Made by a program: the position numbers and the translations under genes. Of a stretch of 64,000 nt of DNA, positions 10,576-20,261 are shown one piece after another. A model generated the notes under the pieces. That model did not search any database and was not told the origin of the DNA. It was given only the letters and a program-made list of their open reading frames with translations. This DNA is from Syntrophorhabdaceae bacterium. GTDB lineage: Bacteria; Desulfobacterota; Syntrophorhabdia; Syntrophorhabdales; Syntrophorhabdaceae. The stretch spans positions 1,312,001 through 1,376,000 of the forward strand of contig OY762209.1 of assembly GCA_963665295.1 (NCBI GenBank), in the 5' to 3' direction. Numbering within the stretch: position 1 is the first letter of the stretch; each line of letters begins with the position of its first letter.

Positions 10576-10771
10576 CGACCGTTGGGATTGTGTTGAGGGT
10601 ATTACAGATTACATGAACCTGCAAGCCGGGATATCTGGCCGCAAGATAGACGCTATATGAGTGACTCGGGGATGGTCTTCCAGGGGCCGTCCCCCCTGAA
10701 CTCTCAACCTTGAAACACCTTGACACGTTCCCATGTGACGGTCATACTTATGAAACCGACGAGGGTTTTTA

Positions 10772-13700
10772 ATGAACGCTGAGTGCCATCAGACTATTTT
10801 TGAGCAATCCGGGGGAATGTCCACTTCAGGCAGACTATGCAAGAGACGCCATGCGTTCAGGGCAGAACGGAGGGCCAGAGCAGCACACAGGGTTGTCCGG
10901 TTTTTTTGCCTCGCGCTCCTTGCCTTCTTGGTTTTTCCTCTCCCTTCCTTCGGCTCAAATATACCCTCCAAGAAAGAAATAACGCGGAAGCTGATCGGTC
11001 TTTCTATTCCCTTCGTTGCCAACGAAGGGCAGATTGACAGGGATATCGCCTACTATGCCCGGACATTCGCAGGGACCATTTATGTCACGAAGGAAGGCTC
11101 CATGACCTATTCCCTCCGTAAGGGGGACAGGCGGGCCGCGTTTAAGGAAGAGGTCTCAGGGGTCAACAACCCCGTTCCTATCGGACAGGAACCCTCAGTC
11201 ACAAAGATAAGTTCCTTCAAGGGGAATGACCCTTCCAAATGGAGAAGCAATATTTCCTCCTTCAATACTGTTTCCTTGGGGGAGATCAAACCGGGCATCA
11301 TCCTTTCCCTCAAGGCCCACGGAAATAACGTGGAGAAAGTGTTTACCGTAAACCCGGGCACAACCCCTTCCATCTTCATGAAACTCTCCGGCATCAGGGA
11401 CCTCAACCTCACCGAAACGGGAGAGCTTGAGGTAATGACCGGTTCAGGTTCCTCCACCTTCACCAAACCGGTCGCATACCAGGAGGTCGAAGGAAACCGG
11501 GTATACGTGCCTATAGCCTATATGCTTGGAGACAACGCGTCCGAATGGGCCCTGGGAGATGAGCCCGAAGATGCCGGACGGATCTACGGTTTTGCGGTAG
11601 GGACCTATGACACTGCCAAGCCCTTAACGATCGATCCGCTGTTGGCGAGTACGTTTCTGGGCGGCAGCCGTGACAACTGTCCCGATACTATCATCCTTGA
11701 TCTCCAGGGGAATGTATTTGTGGCAGGATATACTGATTCCCTCGATTTTCCTACGACTGAAGGAGCGTACAGACGGGAACTGAACGGGGTCCTGGACGAC
11801 GTATTCATCGTCAAAATGGATAGCGCCCTCGCTTCATTGCTCTCCGGTACCTATATTGGAGGGACAGGAGATGATCTGAATAGCGGTATTGCCCTGGATA
11901 CGCTCGGTAACCTTTACATAGCCGGGCTAACATTTTCGAGGGACTTTCCTACCACTGAAGGAGCCTACGACCGTACCTTGAAAGGTATGCCCGCCGCCTT
12001 TATCGCAAAGCTGGACAATTCCCTTACCTCTCTTCTTGCATCAACCTATTTCGGAGGAAGTGGTGCGAACCGGGCGGACGGAGGAGTTGTGCTTGATCGT
12101 TCGGGTAACGTCTATGTTGCCGGAGTCACGACGTCGCCTGATTTCCCCACCACAAAGGGGGCATATCAGAGAGCCTATTATGGCGGCATGGTGGTTTTCA
12201 TCTCCAAATTCGACAGTTCCCTCGCCGCCCTCAGGGCATCCACGCTTTTGGGAGGGGATGCGACCGCAGGGCCTTCCTCCCTGGCACTCGATCCCTGGGG
12301 GAACGTGTATGTGGCAGGTTCCACTTCCGGGGCCTTCCCGACGACCAAGGACGCATATCAGCGTTGGCACCACGGGGAGTATTTAACGGACGGGTTCATC
12401 TCCAAACTGGATAATACTCTCGGCCATTTGCTCGCTTCCACGTACCTTGGAGGTGAGTACGAGGATGGTGTGACATCCCTCGCGCTCGGCCCGTCAGGGG
12501 ACGTATATGTGGGCGGGTGGACCTATTCCCCGGATTTCCCTACCAGCGCGGGGGCATTTATGCCCGCGTACCAGGGGTACGGTGATGCGTTTATCTCAAG
12601 GCTGGATAGTTCGCTCACCACACTTTTGGCCTCAACCTATCTCGGCGGGACAGGGTACGATACGGCTGGTATCATCCTTGATCCCTTGCTCGGGACCGTC
12701 TATGCGACCGGCTATACGGGTTCCACCGACTTTCCCACCACGGAAGGCGCATACAGCGGAACGTTTAACGGGGGAGACTGGGACGCCTTTATTTCAAGAC
12801 TCGACCCCTCATTGGGACAGTTCTTTGCTTCTACCTATCTGGGAGGAAACGATGCCGACGCCGGTTGGGACGTCGCGCTCGATCCCTCCGGCAATGTCTA
12901 TGTTGCCGGCACAACGGGTTCTCATAACTTCCCCACCACCGAGGGGGCGTACGATCGCACGTGGCATACCGGCTTCATCTCCAAATTAGATCCCAACTTC
13001 GGCACCCCCGGCGAGTATTTCCCCCTTACGGTATATCTCGGAGGCAACCAGAAGGGGAGCGTAACGGGTCAGTACCTCGTCTGCGGTCAGAACCCTTGTC
13101 CCGGGGTCTACGTGTCAGGGGCAAGTATTACACTTACCGCCTCCGCCACTCAGGGTTCTTCCTTTCAGGAGTGGGTGGGTTGTGATACCACTACCGGGAA
13201 TGTCTGTGCCCTTACCATGAATACCGCGAGGACCGTAACCGCCGTTTTCCTCTCTTCCCCCCGCATCTCAGTGCGCCCCAGGAGTATCAACTTCGGAACC
13301 ATAGGCCACGCCTCTCCCTCGAAGGTCATTACTATCAAGAATAACGGAAGCGCCGACCTTACGATTACCGGCCTTGCCTTTACCGGTCCCAATGCTTCCG
13401 AATTCACCGAAACGGACACCTGTGCTCAACCTGTCGTAAAAGGGGGAAGCTGCGTGATTGTCGTGCAGATTGTCCCCACCTCCTATGAGAAGAAATCGGC
13501 CGTCCTCACCATACCCTCGAACGACCCGGAATATCCCTCCATCACCGTTGACCTCAAGGGGACCGCCTCTCCCCCGAAGATATCCGTATCCCCCGGTTCC
13601 ATGAACTTCGGAACCCTCTCTCTTGGAAAAGTCTCCACCAAGAAGATCACCCTCAAGAACAACGGACCCGCCGACCTTATGATAGGCTCCATTACCCTCG

Positions 13701-13885
13701 ACGACCCTTATAGCCGGTTCTCCGTGTCCCACGACTGCTCCGTCCTTCCCAAAGGGACGACCTGCGTGATCACTACGACCTTTACCCCGGTCTCCGTCGG
13801 TCCTGCCACGGCAAATATTGCGATCTCTTCCACCGATCCGGCGCATCCTTCGGTGGAGGTGGGCCTCAAGGGGAAGGGAAAATGA
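10772..13885 (+). CDS. Large surface protein: SBBP beta-propeller repeats, InlB B-repeat, two choice-of-anchor D/ASH Ig-like domains
   Basis: FVANEGQ, IDP.LASTFLGG, repeated D..GNVYVAG.T.S.DFPTT.GAY; C-terminal ISV.P.S.NFG...N.G.ADL.I. Confidence 0.9.
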   Translation: MNAECHQTIFEQSGGMSTSGRLCKRRHAFRAERRARAAHRVVRFFCLALLAFLVFPLPSFGSNIPSKKEITRKLIGLSIPFVANEGQIDRDIAYYARTFAGTIYVTKEGSMTYSLRKGDRRAAFKEEVSGVNNPVPIGQEPSVTKISSFKGNDPSKWRSNISSFNTVSLGEIKPGIILSLKAHGNNVEKVFTVNPGTTPSIFMKLSGIRDLNLTETGELEVMTGSGSSTFTKPVAYQEVEGNRVYVPIAYMLGDNASEWALGDEPEDAGRIYGFAVGTYDTAKPLTIDPLLASTFLGGSRDNCPDTIILDLQGNVFVAGYTDSLDFPTTEGAYRRELNGVLDDVFIVKMDSALASLLSGTYIGGTGDDLNSGIALDTLGNLYIAGLTFSRDFPTTEGAYDRTLKGMPAAFIAKLDNSLTSLLASTYFGGSGANRADGGVVLDRSGNVYVAGVTTSPDFPTTKGAYQRAYYGGMVVFISKFDSSLAALRASTLLGGDATAGPSSLALDPWGNVYVAGSTSGAFPTTKDAYQRWHHGEYLTDGFISKLDNTLGHLLASTYLGGEYEDGVTSLALGPSGDVYVGGWTYSPDFPTSAGAFMPAYQGYGDAFISRLDSSLTTLLASTYLGGTGYDTAGIILDPLLGTVYATGYTGSTDFPTTEGAYSGTFNGGDWDAFISRLDPSLGQFFASTYLGGNDADAGWDVALDPSGNVYVAGTTGSHNFPTTEGAYDRTWHTGFISKLDPNFGTPGEYFPLTVYLGGNQKGSVTGQYLVCGQNPCPGVYVSGASITLTASATQGSSFQEWVGCDTTTGNVCALTMNTARTVTAVFLSSPRISVRPRSINFGTIGHASPSKVITIKNNGSADLTITGLAFTGPNASEFTETDTCAQPVVKGGSCVIVVQIVPTSYEKKSAVLTIPSNDPEYPSITVDLKGTASPPKISVSPGSMNFGTLSLGKVSTKKITLKNNGPADLMIGSITLDDPYSRFSVSHDCSVLPKGTTCVITTTFTPVSVGPATANIAISSTDPAHPSVEVGLKGKGK

Positions 13886-14506
13886 GTTGATTAACCTTTG
13901 CGGGAAATGGTATAAACCGAACCTTAACAGGCCTGTTTTGTCCTGTGTTGATGTCTTGTTTGGGGGCCCGGACGTCAACAATTCAACAACTCAGGCTGGG
14001 AAAAACCGGTTTGGCTTCCTTGTTTGGGGTCAGAGTCAAAGGCCCATGCGCCTGCAAGCCATGTATATGGGCCTTTTACCTCAGTCTCAAACTGGAGTTG
14101 CAGATGGCTGGGGCAAAGGGAATCATGGTGACCAGGGCTGACTTCCTGCGTTCGCCGAGTGCTTCAAAAGGTTTTTCTTGCAAGACACCTTCAATAGGGA
14201 GAGAATAAGTACGAAGAGGAAGATTGACCCAATCCGGTAGTCGGAGACCTAATTTCACTCTTCAGCTTGTAACGTGTTAAAAGACGATAAGTATGAACCA
14301 ACCATCTTAACCGAAAAGGATGTTCGGACGGATCGGATACGGTTTTTCAGAAGAACGAGGGCGACGAGGGATTTATAGGGAGGGGCGTGCGAGCATCGTT
14401 GAGGACTTATGGTGGGAGCAATCGTTCTTTGCAGGAAAGTTTGATCGTCCTAAAGGAGACGAGCCTGCAAAAATAAGGGCAACAGAACTATCAGGGGGAA
14501 TTGTAG

Positions 14507-15055
14507 ATGACAGCATTTCAAAAGATAGAGCTTCTGGGATTGGGTTTTATCTTGATTTCAGTCGGGTGGGAGCTTTTCTTTACCAGAACGCTGGATTCGA
14601 TGAAAGAAGATATCAAGTGGAACATCCTGATGTATAGGCTTGATCAACTGCATGATCGTCAACATGACCTGCAACAGCATATCGACTACAAAATCTATGA
14701 GGTCAAGTCCGGTAAACCTCTTCAGGGTGTACCGCTATCGAAGCATTGGAACAACTCGGCATCGGAGGACTCGCTGGCCAAGGTCGCTGACCAAAACAAG
14801 TATTTTTACGCACTGAAGCTGGTGCTGTACCTTTTGGGCGGCACTATGGTCCTTTTCGCTAAGTTTGGGGATTATTCCAATTCGCCTTCTAAACGTCAGA
14901 CATTATCTGAACAGAAAGGACCGGTCGTGAGTTGCGCTTTCGATGCCACGACCTTCAGACAGTGGTACGAGGTCCGCACAACCACGCCGAACAAGAGCAG
15001 CTTGGTGATATTGAAGAACAATGATAACATTATGGGGTGGCGGTCCGGCCGCTGA
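14507..15055 (+). CDS. Hypothetical two-TM membrane protein, visibly lower GC
   Basis: 182-aa ORF with RBS and two hydrophobic segments. Confidence 0.65.
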   Translation: MTAFQKIELLGLGFILISVGWELFFTRTLDSMKEDIKWNILMYRLDQLHDRQHDLQQHIDYKIYEVKSGKPLQGVPLSKHWNNSASEDSLAKVADQNKYFYALKLVLYLLGGTMVLFAKFGDYSNSPSKRQTLSEQKGPVVSCAFDATTFRQWYEVRTTTPNKSSLVILKNNDNIMGWRSGR

Positions 15056-15185
15056 TACTAAATTTGTTTGTGAAAAGGAAGGTGAGGACCGGGACGTCCT
15101 TCAACGATTCAATCGTTCAGCCGGAAGAAGCCGAGATCAAAGTCAAAGGCCCATGCGCCTGCTTGCAGGCGTGGTAATCAGTAAT

Positions 15186-15260
15186 ACCCTCTCCGCCTGG
15201 CCTTCTCCCAATCCCGTAGAAAACATCTGCCCCGGACTCGTGTTCTCGCGGCGGGTCTGC
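15186..15260 (-). repeat. Dispersed intergenic repeat, inverted copy of 10163-10323 lacking the 17-bp expansion
   Basis: Reverse complement GCAGACCCGCCGC.AGAACACGAGTCCGGGGCAGATG.TTTCT.CGGG.TTGGGA-GAAGGCC.GGCGG.GAGGG. Confidence 0.9.
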
Positions 15261-15564
15261 ACTGCGGGTCCGTACTGTAGTAAAGCCGGGATGTCACTGA
15301 ACGATGGGTAAAGATGGGTCGGCCTTTTCATGCCGCCGGGTTACCGGGAAACCCCTCCCCGCCCAAGGCTTCCGCCCGACGCTTCCGGCCGCAGCGTCTC
15401 CCGCGTCGCCGCCCCGCGCATACCGGCTGCCTGCGCTGTATGTTTCGTGCAAGTTTTTGCGCTTAGGTGCCGGATGCCGTTTCGCGCCGTTCCACGGGCA
15501 CGATGGGCCGCCGGGCGTGCCGCACCTTGCCGGGCGCTTTTTACCTGGAAGCCGGGCTGACCTC

Positions 15565-15906
15565 TTAGTCCGGGTAGGCTGCTACCACGAGGATTACCAT
15601 CATGGTTTCTTTTGTGTTTGTGAGGCTGTGGGGGTCGCCGGCGGGGAGCCAGATGGCGTCTCCTTCCTTTACCTCCCTTTCTTCGGTCCCCACTTTCATT
15701 ATTCCGCCGCCGTTCATGATGAAGTAGATCTCTTCCACTTCGTCCACGTGTTCCTCTATCACGTTTCCGGGGGGCAGCATGGCGTAGGCCAGGAATTCCA
15801 TGGATTTGAGAAATTGGCTCGTCATTATCATCCGGGCCACCGCGCCCCGGTGGGCGACGTAGGTAGTGGCAAGTACTTCGGGGTCGGTCATGTTTCGTAC
15901 GATCAT
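15565..15906 (-). CDS. Cupin domain protein
   Basis: H.D..EEIYFIMNG.G, V.EGD.I.LP.G.PH.L.N motifs. Confidence 0.9.
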   Translation of the reverse strand: MIVRNMTDPEVLATTYVAHRGAVARMIMTSQFLKSMEFLAYAMLPPGNVIEEHVDEVEEIYFIMNGGGIMKVGTEEREVKEGDAIWLPAGDPHSLTNTKETMMVILVVAAYPD

Positions 15907-16057
15907 TTCGCCTCTCAATCAAAAAGTTTGTTCTGTCCATTATGTACGTAAAAGGCAATCATGTCAACTCTTTTAGCCGGTGCGGGCGGCGCGGGAAAGG
16001 GGCCCCGGGGCTTCATTTCCGTTGATTTCCCGTATACAGTCTAGTATTCTAGGCTAT

Positions 16058-17269
16058 ATGGGCGATGATCGCGTGAAGCATGGACGGATGGCCTTTTTCA
16101 TTATGGGCTGGATCGGGATGCTCTTCTATTTCGCCCAGAGGTGGATCTTCGGTCCCCTGATCCCCTCGCTTATGCAGGCTTTCGACGCTGACCGGACAAC
16201 CCTCGGCGTGGTCGGGTCAGCGTCTCTCTGGGGCTATATGTTCACGCCCATCGCGGCGGGCCTGCTCTCCGACCGTTTCGGCAGAAAATACGCCATCTTG
16301 TTCGGCATCTTCGGCTTTTCCACCCTTACCATGGTTTCCGGCCTGACGAACAGCGCGACCCAGCTTTTCTGGAATCGCTTCTTCACAGGGATGGTGGAAG
16401 CCTTCTATTTCGTCCCCATCGCCGCCTTTACCCTCGAACTTTTTCCGGAAAGGCCCGCCTTTTTTCTCGGGCTTCTGACTTCGGGCGCTTCGGTGGGCTG
16501 GTTTGTGGGTCCCGCCGCGGCGGGCTGGCTCCTCGACCTCACGGGCACGTGGCGTGCCGCCTTCCTGGCCGTCGGGTTTGCCGGCTTGATAGTGGCTTTT
16601 CTTCAGTGGTGGTTTTGGCCGGACACAGGACGCAAAACCCATACCGGCGTATTCTTCGACAGGACCATTCTGCACCCGAAGAACGTGGTCATGCTCTTCT
16701 TTCTCGGCCTGGTGCTCATGTTGCAGATGGCGTCGGAGTTTGGTTTCACCATGTGGTTTCCCGTGTATCTGCGCACCGAGGTCCTGATGAGCGCCACGAG
16801 CGCGGGGTTGATCGCGGGTTCTTTCGGCATAGGTATGGCCCTCGGAAGACCGGTCATGGGGATTGTCTCCGACCGGGTGGGCTACCGGCTCACGGGCCTG
16901 GCAGGCAGCATCTTAATGGGCCTGCTTTTCATGCTCGCCCTGTGGGCGACGGGCACGCCACTCAAGACCTTCTTTACCTTTGCCGCGGGGTTCATAGGGG
17001 CAGCGGCAACAGGAGGCCTCTGGACTTTCACGGGCCTGGTCTTCGCGTCCTTTAAAGGGCTCGCCCTGGGCGTGATCGTTACCTTCGCCTATTGCCTGTC
17101 ATCCCTGTCTCCTATTGCAATCGGGTATATAGGCGACCACTACTCCATCGCGACGGCCCTCTGGACCGTGGCGGTGCCCTGCGCGTTCGCCGCCGGCCTC
17201 TCGTTCACGCCCACCTTTATCCTCAAGAGGATTCAGCGGCCCGGGTCAGGCGATAAGTGGGGCAGGTAA
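16058..17269 (+). CDS. MFS transporter
   Basis: GLLSDRFGRK and GIVSDRVGYR motif A copies; about 12 TM. Confidence 0.9.
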   Translation: MGDDRVKHGRMAFFIMGWIGMLFYFAQRWIFGPLIPSLMQAFDADRTTLGVVGSASLWGYMFTPIAAGLLSDRFGRKYAILFGIFGFSTLTMVSGLTNSATQLFWNRFFTGMVEAFYFVPIAAFTLELFPERPAFFLGLLTSGASVGWFVGPAAAGWLLDLTGTWRAAFLAVGFAGLIVAFLQWWFWPDTGRKTHTGVFFDRTILHPKNVVMLFFLGLVLMLQMASEFGFTMWFPVYLRTEVLMSATSAGLIAGSFGIGMALGRPVMGIVSDRVGYRLTGLAGSILMGLLFMLALWATGTPLKTFFTFAAGFIGAAATGGLWTFTGLVFASFKGLALGVIVTFAYCLSSLSPIAIGYIGDHYSIATALWTVAVPCAFAAGLSFTPTFILKRIQRPGSGDKWGR

Positions 17270-17284
17270 CGGACGCCCTCTTCC

Positions 17285-18517
17285 CTACACCCGAATGATT
17301 TCCAGGGAATCCGCAGTGATCCGTTCGAGGCCCCGGGGCCTCACGATGAAATCGACCTCGATCCCGATGGCCCCGCGATGGGGCAGGACAAACTTCGGTT
17401 CGAAGGCAAATACCATCCCCTCTTTAAGGAGCCTGCCGTGCCTCGGGGTGATGATCGGCAATTCGTTGATCTCAAGGCCCACGCCGTGGCCGATGAAGGA
17501 AACCTGCCCTTCGCCGTGTCCCATGAAATGGTCCTCGAGATGCGCCTTTTTCGCCATATCATAAGCCCGGGAGAATATCTCGGTGCAATCCACCCCCTCC
17601 CTGCCGAAAGACATGGCGTCTTCTATGATTTCCCGCGCCGTGTCGTAGGGCTTCCTGAAGGCCTCGTCGAGTTCCCCTGCTACGAAGGTCCTCGTCTCGT
17701 CGGTGTGGTAGCCGTTATAGCCCCCGCAATAATCGATGGTTACGGGGATGCCCCTCTCCACCCGCTTGAATGACGATCCCTGGGGCACCGCAGGGGTCAC
17801 CCCGGCCCCGGCAATGGGACCGTCCACAATGGTCGCAATGGCGCCCGTATAGCCGGACTGGACCGCCATGGTCATGATCTCCTGATTGAACCCGCGCATC
17901 CTGAGGTATCCATGGTGTCCCACCCTCCTGCCTTCAGCAAGAAGGGTCGCCTCGATTTCGACCTCCGTGACCCCTTCCCGGACAACGTCCCTTGCCTTCC
18001 CGAAAACGTGGGTCAGGGTCCGGCCCGATTTCTTCATCTGTTCCAGTTCCCAGGGGCTTTTTACGATCCTCACCTCTTTCACGAGGGGGGCGATGTCCCC
18101 GTAGCGGTCAAAGGCGATGCCCTTCTTCAGCCTCTCGAAAAGGGAGACGGGCAGGACGTCGAGTTCCAGGCCGGCCTTTCCCTTGAGGATGCCCCTGTCG
18201 CTCAGGATTTGTCCTATTTCCTTGTCTCTCCTCACGGGTATGAGGGGCAGGGCCGTCTCCCGCTTTGCCCTCTCCATGCCTTTCTCGACGAAGACGAGCG
18301 GGTCTCCGTCAACGGGCACGACTACCATGCCCTTTTGCATGGTGCCTGTAAAGTAGAACCTGTCCACATTTTCGAGAAGGAGGGCATAATCGAAGCCCGC
18401 CTCCGCCATCAGGCCTTTGAGCACTCCCATCCTTTTCAGGAACTCTTCTTCCGGAGCTTCGTCGAATGCGCCTACCTTTTTGAACATTTTGTCCCGGCCT
18501 CCCTTTTTCCGTCCCAT
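17285..18517 (-). CDS. Xaa-Pro peptidase (M24 family); start may be Met at 18487
   Basis: R.VKSPWE, GY.TDETRT, GHGVGLEINE.P, EPK motifs. Confidence 0.92.
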   Translation of the reverse strand: MGRKKGGRDKMFKKVGAFDEAPEEEFLKRMGVLKGLMAEAGFDYALLLENVDRFYFTGTMQKGMVVVPVDGDPLVFVEKGMERAKRETALPLIPVRRDKEIGQILSDRGILKGKAGLELDVLPVSLFERLKKGIAFDRYGDIAPLVKEVRIVKSPWELEQMKKSGRTLTHVFGKARDVVREGVTEVEIEATLLAEGRRVGHHGYLRMRGFNQEIMTMAVQSGYTGAIATIVDGPIAGAGVTPAVPQGSSFKRVERGIPVTIDYCGGYNGYHTDETRTFVAGELDEAFRKPYDTAREIIEDAMSFGREGVDCTEIFSRAYDMAKKAHLEDHFMGHGEGQVSFIGHGVGLEINELPIITPRHGRLLKEGMVFAFEPKFVLPHRGAIGIEVDFIVRPRGLERITADSLEIIRV

Positions 18518-18647
18518 GTTGTATCTTCAAGCCCGACGGACAATCGAAGAATATCGCTCCCCGTGGAGGCTGTCAAGTCAAATAAGCCAACGGCCGCCGG
18601 ACGGTCTCCGGCCCCGCGCAGCACTGCCCCTGCCTGCCGTGGGCCGG

Positions 18648-19862
18648 TCAGAAAAACCGCCAGAGGGACGTGGGAGGTTTCTGCCCCTTGAAGCGGTTGT
18701 ACCAATAGCAGAGGGGATAGAGGATGACCAGGCCCGCGAGCCAGGCGGCATACATGACCGGCAGGCTGTGCCCGGCCCTGAACAGGGCCCCGAGGAGGCA
18801 ATAGAGCCACAGATGGACAAGGTAAAAGAAGAGGGCAGTCCGGCCGAAGAGGACGAGGGGGTTTGCGGGCCTCCCGAATCGGGGCGAAAATTTGCTCCAC
18901 AAGGCTATGAGGAGGAGGTTCACGGACAGGGTGACTGCGAGAAAGGAAAGGGCGGGCGGATATTTGACCACGTTCAGAAAACCCATCCATCCCGGAGGGA
19001 CTGCATTGAGGTTACCGAAGCCGCCCGTAACCCGGACCAGTGCAAAGACAAGGGCCAGGCCCGCTCCGGCCCAGGCCGATAGGTTCCACGTGAGGCGGGG
19101 GTCCCCCATGAGAAGCCTGCCGAAAAGAATCCCCAGGCCCGTAACGCCCAGCCACGGAATTACAGGGTAGAATACGATCCAGCCATCGGTGTGCCCGGGA
19201 ATGAGGGCCGCCCTTACGAGGGGCGTGTAGAGGATGTCCGTCCCGGTGGGCCCGGGTGTGGCAATCTGGGTGACCATTATGGCGCTAAGGCTGATAACAA
19301 TAATGAGCCATGTTCCCGCCCTCCTCGCCACGGCCCAGAACGCCATGGTTGAGCCGAGGGCGAACAGCACTCCGAGGTAGGTTGCGCTGCCGCCCCCTCC
19401 CGGCACTGCCCCAAGGGCCGTCATGCCGGATTTCGCCATAAGGGTTTCCGCCATCCAGGCGGGATTTTCCACCAGTATCTGGAGGATGATGAGGATTATC
19501 CCCCGGACGAGGAAGAAGCCCGTGATGCGTGCCTCCGTCCATCCGAGCCTCAGCCGGGCGGCGGCAAAGAGGGCCATCCCCGCCCCCATGAGGACGAAGA
19601 ACCCCGGCGCCGCGGGATGGGTGATCACGCGCGTTAAGAACCAGAATTGGTCGGGGTAAACAGGCAGGGAAGTCCCCCAGAACTCCCGGGCATGCACGTG
19701 GGCCACGAAGTAACTTGCGTGGTCGATGGCCATCAAGACCATGATCAGGCCCCGTTGCAGGTCCAGCGACACGAACCTGGACGCCCGGTTGATCGCCGGG
19801 GCCGGTTCGTGGGCAGGGTTTATTGTCTTTTCTTCCCGGGTCATAGGGACTGCGTCCTCCAA
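18648..19862 (-). CDS. DUF1624/HGSNAT-like membrane acyltransferase
   Basis: SLDLQRGLIMVLMAIDH, TRVITH.AAPGF, KYPPAL motifs. Confidence 0.85.
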   Translation of the reverse strand: MEDAVPMTREEKTINPAHEPAPAINRASRFVSLDLQRGLIMVLMAIDHASYFVAHVHAREFWGTSLPVYPDQFWFLTRVITHPAAPGFFVLMGAGMALFAAARLRLGWTEARITGFFLVRGIILIILQILVENPAWMAETLMAKSGMTALGAVPGGGGSATYLGVLFALGSTMAFWAVARRAGTWLIIVISLSAIMVTQIATPGPTGTDILYTPLVRAALIPGHTDGWIVFYPVIPWLGVTGLGILFGRLLMGDPRLTWNLSAWAGAGLALVFALVRVTGGFGNLNAVPPGWMGFLNVVKYPPALSFLAVTLSVNLLLIALWSKFSPRFGRPANPLVLFGRTALFFYLVHLWLYCLLGALFRAGHSLPVMYAAWLAGLVILYPLCYWYNRFKGQKPPTSLWRFF

Positions 19863-19950
19863 CTGATTCTACCTTAAGCATTCATCCCCCCTTTGTGCAT
19901 CAGCCCCCGGCGCTCCGGGAGTGCCCAATCTCGACGAGACCGGCGCCGTT

Positions 19951-20100
19951 ATAGGCAGCTCACATCGCCCATACCGCCCCGGCCACGGGATAGAAGCAGG
20001 CTTAGGAGAGATCGAGCGGATGAGGGGCGTCCTCTACGACGTCGCGGTGGTGGACGCATGGGTCAGGCTTTTCAGGGAGAAGGGGTTCGAATTCGGATAG
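19951..20100 (+). pseudogene. Orphan C-terminal fragment of an HD-GYP phosphodiesterase gene
   Basis: Manual translation SSHRPYRPGHGIEAGLGEIERMRGVLYDVAVVDAWVRLFREKGFEFG*, matching the HD-GYP tail (HRPYR..G....L.EI....G.LYD..VVDA...LF); no HD core upstream. Confidence 0.75.
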
Positions 20101-20261
20101 ACCGGGAATGACATAACAGGGCGGGGGAAAGCAGGGCGTTGCGGTCCTTCCGCCGGACATGCGTCAATCCGGGCTTGCATCCGGGCCGGGAAAGATGTAT
20201 TAAGAATTGAGCGCGGCAAGCCGCGGGAGAGGCTCCGGGGCAACAGGCGGGGGCGGGGACA

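Noticed and set aside
18520..18580. ILRLSVGLED, resembling the C-terminus of Cys/Met PLP enzymes, in ORF 18472-18990
   Set aside because: No other family motifs. The region is better explained as the TTGACA-17-TATTCT promoter and leader of the M24 peptidase, so it is probably coincidence.
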